Shown here piece after piece: positions 1 through 8,633 of a DNA stretch of 13,096 nucleotides. The DNA is from Azolla caroliniana (Eukaryota > Plantae > Polypodiophyta), in contig JBHGNT010000996.1 in the NCBI GenBank assembly GCA_043228905.1, positions 1 to 13,096 of the forward strand. Direction: 5' to 3'. The notes beneath the pieces were generated by a model. The model was not told the DNA's origin. It ran no database searches and worked only from the letters and a program-made list of their open reading frames with translations. Within the stretch, counting starts at the first letter, position 1. Every line of letters starts with the position of its first letter. The position numbers and the translations under genes are program-made.

Positions 1-2
1 AA

Positions 3-2693
3 GTCATTGACTTGCTCAAGGAGAAGGTGGCGATGGGGATTCTAGAGCCATCAACTGCTCCGTACTCAAATCGATGGTTTACGGTTCCGAAGAAGAATGG
101 GTCACTCTGATTTATCCAAGACTTGCAACCGGTGAATAAGGTCACGATCCGGAACTCGGGAGTCGGTCCAATAGTGGACGAATTTGCGGAAGCTTTTGCC
201 GGTCGTGCGATATACTCCATCGGAGACCTATACTCGGGGTATGACCAATTCCAACTAGCCGTGGAGAGCTGAGACATCACAACCATGCGAACACCGATAG
301 GATTAGTCCGAATGTGCACACTACCACAAGGAGCGACAAACTCGGTTACTCATATGATGAACGTGATGAACAAGGTGGTTCGAGACTGCATTCCGGAGAT
401 AACGATGCCGTTCCTCGATGACTTTCCGATGAAAGGATGCGCGGTCGAAGAAAAAGATGAGACTATGGATGATCGGGGATGCCAAAAGTTCGTGGTCGAC
501 CATATTCATGCTTGCGAGAAAGTGTTGCGAAAGCTAGAAGATGTGCACCTAACACTTTCCGGGGAGAAATCGGCATTCGGGCAAGAAGAAATATTGGTGG
601 TCGAACATCTATGTGGGCCCTACGGCCGAAGACCGTCACCAACAAAGATCGATGCGATTCAAGCTATGGAGGAAGTATGCGAGTCAACATCCGAAGTCCG
701 AAGGTTTCTCGGTGCATGTGCATTCTATCACATATGGATTCCGCACTATGCACATATAGCGGACCCGCTCTACCACTTGTTGCGGAAAGGTAAGAAATTC
801 GAATGGAAACCGGAACACACCAAAGCCATGAAGAAATTGAAGAAGACACTTCGGAGGGCGGAAGCACTTAAGAAGCCGAGCTACGACCGACCGATCATAG
901 TAACGGTTGATACAAGTCCAACCGGTATCGGGTGGGTCATCAATCAAGCCGACTCGGATGGTTCGCGGTATCCGATCCGATTCGGAGCAAAGGTTCTCAA
1001 CGAAAGGCAACGTGGATATGCACAAGTCAAAAGAGAACTGTGGGGAGTCGTGTCGGCGATAAAATCGGATCGGGATTATTTGATCGGAGCCGAAGTGGTG
1101 ATCGAGACGGATTGTCTTCCGATACTCGGGATGATGCAGTGTTGTACGATACTAGATGTAGCTATGCTAAGGTGGGTTGCATATGTCAAGTCGCTTAATT
1201 CGGAGGTTCAACACATCTCGGGGAAGGAAAACGCGGTAGCGGATATGTTATCAAGGGCTCGGTTCGGAGACGACATAACCGAATCGGATAATGAAGAAGT
1301 TTCCGAAAACTACTTCGCGTCGGAGCACATATGCCGAGTGAACATAATCCGAGAATTTCGGGAAGAAGAATATGAGGGAGAAAGTTTGATGATCGGAAAG
1401 ATGTTACAAGAGGCCGAGGACTCGACAAACGATAAAGGAAGAAGAGCCGAGATCCGAAGGAAGAAGAGGCAAGTCCAAAAGTTCTTCTTGGAAAACGGAT
1501 TAATATGGAGGGCGCCGAAAAGACCGGATGGTATACCACTTCGAGTAGTCGGGACAAAAGAGCAACGAAACCGGATAATGTCCGAGTTTCACGAATCCGA
1601 TTGGGCTGGACACCGAGGAACATGGGCAACATTTGTGAAGATCAAGCAAAAATATTGGTGGAAGAAAATGTACAAAGATATCGCGGAGTTTACGGAAAGC
1701 TGCGAGAAATGTCAAGTCTACTCCGGGGTTCAACATCGAGATGAGTTACATCCGACATTCTCACCGACAATCAACTTCAAGTGGATGGTCGACATAGTGG
1801 CCATGCCGACCGGGATCGGACAAAAGAAATACTTGGTATTAGCTCGGGAAGATCTCACGAATCAAGTAGAAGGTCGAGCGCTTCAGAGGAAAACGTGTTC
1901 CGCGGTATGCCAATTTCTTTTGAAGGAAGTATTTTGCAGGTACGGGTGCGTAGGACAAGTGATTGCAGACCGAGGAGAACTCGACTCGGACAAAGCTAGG
2001 GGATTCTTCGCCAAACACGGAGTTCGGTTGTCGCTGACAACGGCATACAATCCGGAGGCCAACGGGAAAATCGAACGAGGACATAGTCCGATCGTAAAAG
2101 CACTTGCGAAGGCATGCGATGGAAAGGTGAAGGACTGGCCGCAGATGCTTCCGTATGCACTATGGGCGGATCGGACGACGCATAGCTCCATAACCGGTTA
2201 CATGCCGGTAGAACTCATGACCGGACAAGCACCGGTAATGCCGACGGAAACCGCGATTGCAACATGGACAGTGCTACCGTGGAAGGAAGAGATGAGTCGG
2301 GAAGAACTACTAGCGGTCCGGATACGACAACTAGAGGGAAGACCGGCAGACATAGCGGAAGCAATACGCCAACAACAAGAAGCACGATTAAGGAACAAAA
2401 GCCGGTTCGACACAAAGCACCGACTACGACCGAGGAGGATTGAAGAAGGAGACTGGGTGATCGTCTATGACAGTAGTTTGGACCATCAACATACAACGAT
2501 GCGGAAATTCGCGAAAAGGTGGTTCGGGCCATACGAGGTTTGGAAAGTCTTCGACAACGGAACGTACCGACTGTCCGAGTTGGATGGAACAATACTACGA
2601 GTGCCTATAGCCGGGAAGCGGGTGAAGATTTTCAAGAAGCGGATCGACGACAAACCCTATGTGATCCAAGCCAAGGCCGACTACGAGGAGTAA
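3..2693 (+). pseudogene. pol: Gypsy pol (reverse transcriptase, RNase H, integrase) with two premature stops
   Basis: The frame of ORF 285..2693 extends to the window start (VIDLLKEK...RWFTVPKKNGSL*FIQDLQPVN...DLYSGYDQF...ES*DITTM) with TGA at 108-110 and 270-272. RT motifs LPQGATNS and FLDD; RNase H VTVDTSPTGIG, KRELWG, ETDC, NAVADMLSR; integrase HHCC (HESDWAGH...CEKC), D-D-E (WMVDI, IADRG, NGKIER) and GPY/F (RWFGPY). No chromodomain seen. Confidence 0.95.
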
Positions 2694-2840
2694 TCAGACG
2701 AAGACCACGGGGATGCGGGAAGCGAAGAACGTGAATTACAACTCATAGTCGACATAAGGGGAGAATCGGAGGAAGCTTTGGGTGAAGACGGATATGGGGA
2801 ATCGAGAACTTTGGCACATACCGGAGGATGTGCGGGTTCG

Positions 2841-2851
2841 GAGGGGGCGAG
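2841..2851 (+). other. Polypurine tract of gypsy A
   Basis: GAGGGGGCGAG directly upstream of the LTR-initial TGTCGT. Confidence 0.85.
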
Positions 2852-2954
2852 TGTCGTAGTGTATTCCGCACACTACGTGAAAACCATAAAATAATATATC
2901 CGAATTTAGATACATATAAATAAATAAATAATATATCAAAAGAATTTATCACGT

Positions 2955-3022
2955 GCATAGGGCAAGATTCGAACCATGCACCTCCACGTAGATAAACCCC
3001 AACTTTACCATTAAAATAACTT
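2955..3022 (-). other. Degenerate tRNA-like segment (Pol III A/B-box geometry) inside the LTR
   Basis: Minus strand reads TATTTTAATGGTAAAG...GGTTCGAATC (B box at 2975-2966). First G of TGG (3009) to the G of GTTC (2974) is 35 nt, as for G18-G53 in tRNA. Stems are decayed; not a functional tRNA. Confidence 0.5.
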
Positions 3023-3274
3023 ATCTTTAGTGTTATAAATATAGATTTAATACGTATAAGACCTTTATTTACACATACCTTTATTAAAAGGTAAAAATCA
3101 TGTATTCTTTAGAGTGTGAATATTTTATTTACACGTGACATTAAAAGTGACTCATGCACATCTAGCGTGCACGAGCCCTATATTTAGGAAATGACAAAAC
3201 ATCACATGCACATTTAGTGTGCATGGGCACTTTAGGTGAAAAAGCATGAAGCCATGCTTAGCCTCTTCCATCTT

Positions 3275-3281
3275 TATATAA
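3275..3281 (+). promoter_or_regulatory. Probable TATA box of gypsy A LTR
   Basis: TTTATATAAGGAG in the middle of the LTR. Confidence 0.55.
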
Positions 3282-3556
3282 GGAGGAGAAAAATATGTAT
3301 ATGGTTGTTGATTAATATACAAGGTTGGATCAATCTAATATATTCGTGGGATTCATGAATTTTGCCATCTAATTGCTCTTATAATCTAAATATTGTTTTA
3401 ATTACACTAAACTCGTGGGATTCACGAGATTGCTATCTTACTTCTCTTTCCACTATTCATATCTAGCCTTAAGTTGTATTCCTCTTCCTCCTAGTCAAAA
3501 ACCTCGGCGGTTCCCACCCGACTCACGCAACGATCCGGAACCGAAGGGCACGACAC

Positions 3557-4090
3557 CGGTACCTGAAGGGCACTTTGAATATGTGTCTCCGATTCGGCTC
3601 CGGTAAACCTCAACTTGATGGCTTTACCGATTCGGATATGTCGGCTGATGTGGATACCAACCGGTCTACATCCGAGTATGTAATGACATATGCAGGGGGA
3701 GCTGTTTCATGGCAGTCGAGGCTGCAGAAGACGGTTTCATTGTCAACCACAGAGACGGAGTACATGGCAGCTGTTGAAGCCGGCAAGGAAATATTATGGA
3801 TGAAGGACTTCATCAGAGAGCTCGGTATCCAGCAAGATGAATACCGGCTCTATTGCGACAGTCAAAGTGCCATCCACCTTGCTAAGAATGCAGCATATCA
3901 TTCCAAGACGAAGCACATCCAACGTAGGCATCACTGGATCCGGGAGCGAGTAGAAGATCGAGAGTTCGCGTTGACAAAGATCCACACGGCCGAGAACGGG
4001 TCAGATATGCTGACCAAAGTACTGATACCCGACAAGTTGGATCCATGTCGGAAGCGGATCAGACTAGTAAAACATCCCATGCCGGAGTGA
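3557..4090 (+). pseudogene. pol: Copia pol C-terminal fragment (end of RT and RNase H)
   Basis: RYLKGT at 3557-3574, then GFTDSDM..D..RSTS.Y, AVSWQSRLQKTVSLSTTETEY, LYCDSQSAIHLAKN, HSKTKHI, ENGSDMLTK: Ty1/copia RNase HI motifs. Confidence 0.95.
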
Positions 4091-4098
4091 AGGGGGAG
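4089..4098 (+). other. Polypurine tract of copia element
   Basis: GAAGGGGGAG followed by TT and then the LTR-initial TGTT. Confidence 0.9.
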
Positions 4099-4100
4099 TT

Positions 4101-4897
4101 TGTTAGGAAACAGGTCCCTCCGGATGGGAAGTGAGAACCGGATGTGGAGAACCTGGCAACGGAAGACCCGGTGAGATCCGGATGTGGAGTACCCGACAAC
4201 GGAAGACCCGGTGAGAACCGGATGTGGAGTACCCGGCAATGGAAGACCAGGTGAGAACCGAATGTGGAGTACCCGGCAACGAAAGACCCAATGAGAACCG
4301 AATAACGAGTACCCGGCAACGAAAGACCCGGTGAGAACCAGATGTGGAGTACCCGGCAACGGAAGACCCGGTGAGAACCAGATGACGAGTACCCGGAAAG
4401 GAAGACCCGGTGAGAACCGGATGTTGCAAGCCCGGTGAGAACCTCTCATCGGATGGAAGGGACATATATGTAAATATGTTCCAGAGAGCCCAATAAGGCT
4501 ATATTTGTAAATGGCCCGAAAGTCATATTACTATAAATATGACCTAGGGCAAACTTAATAGTGATGATGATAGAGTTATTGGTGTAACCTCTGTACAGTG
4601 TGTAAGAGAGAGAGAGAGCAATATACAGAGATTGTGTCTCTGTTGTAACCGCCACTAGTCGAAGATTGTGAGCAAGAGGTCGTTGCCTTTGTGCTCCCTG
4701 TTGTATTACTTTACACAGTGATAGTTTGGAGTCTGTGGACTCCCGTGGTTTTTCCCTCTCAGGGTTTTCCACGTTAATATCCTATGCATTCTCTTTCTAT
4801 TTTGTCGACTTACCTCCACTCCCATTTCGTTTGTGTTTTGATTGTCATCAAGTGATCTACGCTTCGGTTGTGGCCAGAGATTAATCCGCGTATTCCA
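4101..4897 (+). repeat. Copia 3' LTR (about 797 bp; 3' terminus imperfect)
   Basis: TGTTAGGAA start, CTATAAAT at 4531-4538, (AG)n at 4605-4618, CCCGTGGTTTTTCCC...GGGTTTTCCACGT motif typical of plant copia LTRs. Ends TTCCA rather than the expected TTCC(T/C)AACA, so the right boundary is uncertain by about 5 bp. Confidence 0.85.
4131..4443 (+). repeat. 40-bp tandem array in copia LTR U3 (7 full units plus partials)
   Basis: Consensus GTGAGAACCGGATGTGGAGTACCCGGCAACGGAAGACCCG; units start at 4131, 4171, 4211, 4251, 4291, 4331, 4371 (39 bp), with partial units at 4410 and 4435. Confidence 0.97.
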
Positions 4898-5464
4898 TGT
4901 CAAAATCTGGAGTTGTAAATTCTGAAAACGAATGAAAAATTGAGACACCATTTCATGCAGCTCCTGATACAACGCATAAAATTGCGCTATCAGATCCTTT
5001 TGAGGAATCTGACAATGAAATAATTGCAGAAATTTGGTACTTAATTGTTCAAATGTTTCGAACGCACGTAAAACCATTTTGCGCAAACCAATTAGCGAAC
5101 TGACCATCTAATGACAAAACAAACTCAACAATTTTAGATTTATCTTCGGCTACTGCCGATAGTCTCTGAGCTCCATGGTTAATTTCCCATGTCGTCAAGA
5201 AATCCCTAACATGCGCTTCTGCATCAACACCTTCCCGAAATTTAGAATACGGGTAAGGCATATTGTCTTCACTCCAGATATCGTAAAATGATATCTCCTC
5301 CTCCTAATTATCGTCTGACTAACTATCAGTTAAATCGGGGAGTGTAGACCACCTTCTACTTGTTTCTGGTTGTAACTCTGCAGCCGAATCTTTTCTAGTG
5401 TCTTCGTAATCGATCGTGTACGAGGACGTTTACAACGGACTGGTGTATCAGGACCAGATGACAT
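4898..5464 (-). pseudogene. gag: Gypsy gag fragment (capsid-like Retrotrans_gag region), frameshifted
   Basis: MSSGPDTPVRCKRPRTRS from 5464; YSKFREGVDAEAHVRDFLTTW...KIVEFVLSLDGQFANWF (5261-); frameshift to FETFEQLSTKFLQLF...FYALYQELHEMVSQFFIRFQNL. Several stops and frameshifts. Confidence 0.82.
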
Positions 5465-5498
5465 CGATTCAACTTGTTCTCTGCTAGTTGCAAATGTA

Positions 5499-5511
5499 AC
5501 CGGGCATGCCA
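5499..5511 (-). other. Primer-binding site of gypsy C (tRNA-Arg type, decayed)
   Basis: TGGCATGCCCGGT, between LTR and gag ATG, resembles the TGGCACGCCCAGTGGGAC PBS of plant Tat/Ogre-type elements. Confidence 0.6.
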
Positions 5512-5514
5512 AAA

Positions 5515-6003
5515 TTATACTCTGTTGTTCGGTTGACAATAACTATTGCTGACACAGTATAGGTCGAACGTTGGTCATTGAATGTTCTATCAATGAGTTT
5601 TGGTTTAGACGAAATAAATACTAAAAATGGTTGTAAACTTATCGATGTTCAACAGGCATCGAGATCGCTATTTACGTAATAAGTTATAACAGAAAGGAAA
5701 TAGATTGATAGAGCATTTCGTACACAAAGATTTCCTAAACTAACTTTATGTTACTAATAAAACGATAGCTCTTTACACTGCCTTCGGTTCCTTTTATAGG
5801 CAACCGGAAGGACTTCCTCATCAAGAAAACATATTGCCAAACAAGGCAAGAACTACAAAATATTTAATTAACTTACAATTTCTATTTTAATTTACTTCGG
5901 CCAAATGTTGACTCATCGATCCTCTATACCGATCCAAATCTGACTCCGACTACGAACCTTCTTCATTTCCAACTCCGACACTTCCCCACTTGTCCAGGTA
6001 ACA
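5515..6003 (-). repeat. 5' LTR of gypsy C (about 490 bp)
   Basis: Begins TGTTACCTGG exactly where the copia protease frame is cut (6003/6004); TATA CCTATAAAAG at 5800-5791. The PBS-side end is decayed (GTATAA instead of ...CA). Confidence 0.7.
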
Positions 6004-6544
6004 CCGATCCCTACAATTATGCACTCATGCCCATTGTCGAGTCAGACTATGCCGTCGGCTTCAACCGAATAGTTTGAAAACCATTCGATGTTGGGGTTCA
6101 CATAGAATGTGGCGCCAGAGTTCAATAGCCATGTTTGTGAGTCTTCTGCCCTGTATAGAACTTCACTAGTAGAAGATTCTTCCGAGGAGAAGACTTCTCC
6201 AAACCAGGATTCGGCAACATTGACTTGGTTGCAAGTAGGAGAACAATTTGAATTGGATTGTCCTTTCTTTTTATCAACGAACTGTCAGAAACATTGTGAC
6301 CGGCCTTTCTGCAAGTGTGTTGAGGGCATTCGGCCAACCATTCCTTGATTTTGACATTTGCCAATTGTTCCTCTTCTTCAGTCGACTAGTACTTTGGTGG
6401 ACTCAGTCGAGTGGTGAGCTTTTATTGAATTATCGATGGTGACACTCATCGATCGTTGTCGGATGTCTTCCAACAGGATTTGTCCAAGTTGAGATTCAGA
6501 CAGCTATTGACGAATGCCATAGAAAAGATTTCCCAGCTCGTCGG
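6004..6544 (-). pseudogene. Old Ty1/copia gag-protease fragment (not captured by the ORF track)
   Basis: PTSWEIFSMAFVNS and ILLEDIRQRS (gag), decayed zinc knuckle CRKAGHNVSDS, then WLLNSGATFYVNPNIEWFSNY...V*LDNGHECIIVGIG starting at 6131, matching the copia protease W..DSGA motif with D>N. Multiple frameshifts. Confidence 0.85.
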
Positions 6545-6901
6545 TGTTGTAGTGTACTTCATACACATTGTGAAAAACATATGGAGTGCCCTAATGAATA
6601 GGTATGGAGAAATAGAAGAAAACGTTAAAATAAACGTATATTACATGCACAGGGTAAGATTCAAACCCTGTACTTCCATGTTAACAATCCTAAGCCATAA
6701 CATTTTACTAACAACTTATTCTTATATGTATATATATTCTCGAAAACTTACTCATGCACAATTAATTTGCATTAATACTATAGTTAGAAAAAGCATGATG
6801 CTTGCCATGTGGCGCACGATACTGAGCCTCACTTACTCATGCACAACCAGTGCGCAAGAATACTATAGTTAAAAAAAGCATGATGCGTGCCATGTGGCGA
6901 G
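6545..6901 (+). repeat. Diverged, truncated LTR of the gypsy A family (5' or solo LTR)
   Basis: TGTTGTAGTGTACTTCATACACATTGTGAAAAACATA aligns without gaps to TGTCGTAGTGTATTCCGCACACTACGTGAAAACCATA at 2852; 6643-6680 aligns to 2951-2988; shared CTCATGCACA and AAAAGCATGA motifs. No PPT upstream. Confidence 0.85.
6746..6899 (+). repeat. Imperfect direct duplication (69-bp matched block, 85-bp period)
   Basis: ACTTACTCATGCACAA...AATACTATAGTTA.AAAAAGCATGATGC.TGCCATGTGGCG at 6746-6814 and 6831-6899. Confidence 0.9.
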
Positions 6902-7208
6902 TGTTGGGAAATCGGTCCCTCCGAATGGGATCCGGTTATGAATTAAGAGGAGCCGGTGAGAACCGAAAGAGATCCAGAAACCAGAGGAGACCCGGAAGAG
7001 AAGATATATTTGTAAGTATGTATTTTTTTGAGTAAGCCTATTGAGGCTATATTTGTAAATAGCCCTAAGTTCATATAAGTATGAATATGACTTAGGGCAA
7101 TCACTTTGTATATGATATGTGCAGAGAGGGTTGTCATATTGTTGTACAGATAATTGTTGTATAGAGAGAGAGAGTGAGAGAGAGAGAGAGCAAGATAGTA
7201 GCTACAAG
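6902..7208 (+). repeat. Truncated copia LTR related to 4101-4897, lacking the 40-bp array
   Basis: TGTTGGGAAATCGGTCCCTCCGAATGGGA vs TGTTAGGAAACAGGTCCCTCCGGATGGGA; shared AGGCTATATTTGTAAAT, AATATGAC.TAGGGCAA and (AG)n-CAA. Similarity is lost at about 7195-7210. Confidence 0.88.
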
Positions 7209-7385
7209 CAGTGTTGGGCAAAGTCCCAGGAACAGTGGCAGCATTCCGGTTGGGTTGGGACATTTGTCGGCCAAGCGGAACTGATTCCGCCTAGAATTTC
7301 CCAAAAACCGGAATCTAACCGGGTCATATTTTTGTAACCGGCTATTTATGCATTTTTTTAAAAGAATAATATTTAATAAAAACCA

Positions 7386-7497
7386 TTTTCTCTCTTTCCC
7401 CCTCTTTCAGTGTATTTTTTTCCCTGTTTCCCCCCTCTTGCCCCACACTTGAATCCCTCTTTTCCCCCTCTTTCTCCTCTTTTCCCTCTCTTTTCCT
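7386..7497 (+). repeat. Polypyrimidine low-complexity tract
   Basis: Recurrent TTTCCCCCTCT-like units. Confidence 0.8.
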
Positions 7498-7906
7498 GTG
7501 TGTCTGTAATATGCATTACCTCTTCTCGATTTCCTGTGCCTTTGAGTCAAAATGGAGCGCATCGACACCCACATGCACTTTCTCTGTAAGTTTCAAATAG
7601 ATGTAACTTTTTATCTCAAGCCCTTTGATGACATTAATATTTCGTTCACTTTCATTTCTATCTGTCTCACACAATGTCGATAACCTGAAACCACCCATGA
7701 TTGTGATAATAATATATATGCACATATTTGGTATGATGTTGAAGGTATACAAACCTTGGGAGATGGCAATAATGCTTATGCATCTGTAAAATAAAAATTT
7801 GAGGATAAAATTGACCTAATAATACACATGTTGAAATGCTTTCTTATTATCCTAGAGTTTCTGAACAATAAGATCACACTAAGTTCGCTAAGTCGCTGAC
7901 AAATAA

Positions 7907-8078
7907 AGGTTGAGATTATCGATTTTGCTAAGTTCATACTCTGGATTAGAGTTGAGGTATTGTATGAGGTCATCCACAACTAATATCCTATGAGGTTGAG
8001 ATTATAGATTTCTCTAAGCTCATACTCTGGATTAGAGTTGAGGTGTTGGATGAGGTCATCCACAACTAATATCCTATA
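7907..8078. repeat. 86-bp tandem duplication
   Basis: 7907-7992 and 7993-8078 (AGGTTGAGATTAT...CATCCACAACTAATATCCTAT); 7 mismatches counted by eye. Confidence 0.95.
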
Positions 8079-8210
8079 TATTTCCATGAATTTCTTCACA
8101 CGTGGTGCCTTAAAATTATTAAAGGACGACTCAAGATTTTGATTGTTAACTCTTAGGGCTGGACAATGGCCTAACACAGGGTGTCTACGGAAGACACTTC
8201 ACCAAAGGGG

Positions 8211-8578
8211 TGTCACGGCAAGAGGATTAGGCTCAACGATTAATCCGACTTAATTAGGTTACTTAGCAAGATCATCCTTAATAATCACACGCGTAAGATA
8301 TAACAATGAATACAGAACGGCAATTAACACAGAGAGATAAAAACACTAAGCTTCATTAATTATCCGCTCTACATTACATTGTATCTGGGCCTTTAAATAG
8401 GTTTCCGGTTTGTAGTACAAAACGGTGCCATCCGCACCTGTTCGGGATCGGTCCGGATCCAGAACGGCATACCAATTCCAGTCCGTCCGTCCACACTAAT
8501 AGCTCACTTACAACCATTCCTTAATAATTAAATAACTCCTTCGTTTCACGCTTTGGACTCCTTTGCCGGCCGGTAACA
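8211..8578 (-). repeat. 3' LTR of gypsy B (368 bp)
   Basis: Minus strand TGTTACCGGC...GCCGTGACA imperfect terminal inverted repeat; TATA-like CTATTTAAAG at 8400-8391 followed by T-rich sequence; start similar to the gypsy C LTR. Confidence 0.8.
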
Positions 8579-8580
8579 CA

Positions 8581-8597
8581 TGGCACGCCCGTGGGAC
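8581..8597 (+). other. tRNA primer-binding-site-like motif, antisense to element B, at the PPT position
   Basis: TGGCACGCCCGTGGGAC, 2 nt from the LTR end; one base shorter than the tRNA-Arg type PBS TGGCACGCCCAGTGGGAC. Confidence 0.8.
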
Positions 8598-8633
8598 AGT
8601 ACCTTGTACGTCGAATCCACCATCCAACCCTTG

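Larger units (their letters stand above)
1..3555 (+). mobile_element. Ty3/gypsy LTR retrotransposon A, 3' part (pol, PPT, 3' LTR); 5' part lies outside the window
   Basis: Domain order RT-RNaseH-integrase, purine tract at 2841-2851 and a TGTCGT...ACGACA bounded LTR. Copia coding sequence starts immediately after 3555. Confidence 0.95.
2852..3555 (+). repeat. 3' LTR of gypsy A (704 bp, AT-rich)
   Basis: Perfect 6-bp terminal inverted repeat TGTCGT...ACGACA, PPT upstream, TATATAA at 3275-3281. The 5' end is independently supported by the homologous copy starting at 6545. Confidence 0.9.
3556..4897 (+). mobile_element. Ty1/copia LTR retrotransposon, 3' part, interrupted by gypsy A
   Basis: RT C-terminus plus RNase H, then PPT, then LTR starting TGTTAGGAA. 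Confidence 0.93.
4898..6003 (-). mobile_element. Ty3/gypsy element C, 5' part (LTR, PBS, gag N-terminus), degenerate
   Basis: Minus strand order: TGTTACC-starting LTR with CCTATAAAAG, PBS-like TGGCATGCCCGGT, then gag-like reading frames. Confidence 0.8.
7209..8210. mobile_element. Unassigned repeat-like DNA, possibly starting with a hAT-type DNA transposon end
   Basis: Interrupts the copia LTR. Starts CAGTGTT followed by CCGG/TCCC-rich sequence. No convincing partner TIR, TSD or transposase. Confidence 0.3.

Noticed and set aside
321-2734. Short overlapping ORFs within gypsy A pol
   Set aside because: Shadow frames of the pol coding sequence with no independent motifs.
2955-3022. Functional tRNA gene
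   Set aside because: Acceptor and anticodon stems do not pair; kept only as a tRNA-derived remnant.
4131-4443. CRISPR array
   Set aside because: Units are contiguous near-identical 40-mers without unique spacers, inside a copia LTR, with no cas genes.
3931-4465. Minus-strand repetitive ORFs (172, 86 and 120 aa)
   Set aside because: By-products of the stop-poor 40-bp array.
5971-5990. Alternative PPT and LTR start (GGGGAAG-TGTCGG on the minus strand)
   Set aside because: The copia protease frame stops at 6004 and TGTTACC at 6003 matches the gypsy B LTR start, so 6003 is the better boundary.
6110-6117. TGGCGCC as a primer-binding site
   Set aside because: It encodes S-G-A of the copia protease motif and has no adjacent LTR end.
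6456-6872. 138-aa plus-strand ORF
   Set aside because: Spans the copia/LTR junction at 6544/6545; no recognisable motif.
8181-8197. GTGTCT/AGACAC hairpin as a Helitron 3' end or terminator
   Set aside because: Only a 6-bp stem and no CTRR terminus at the expected distance.
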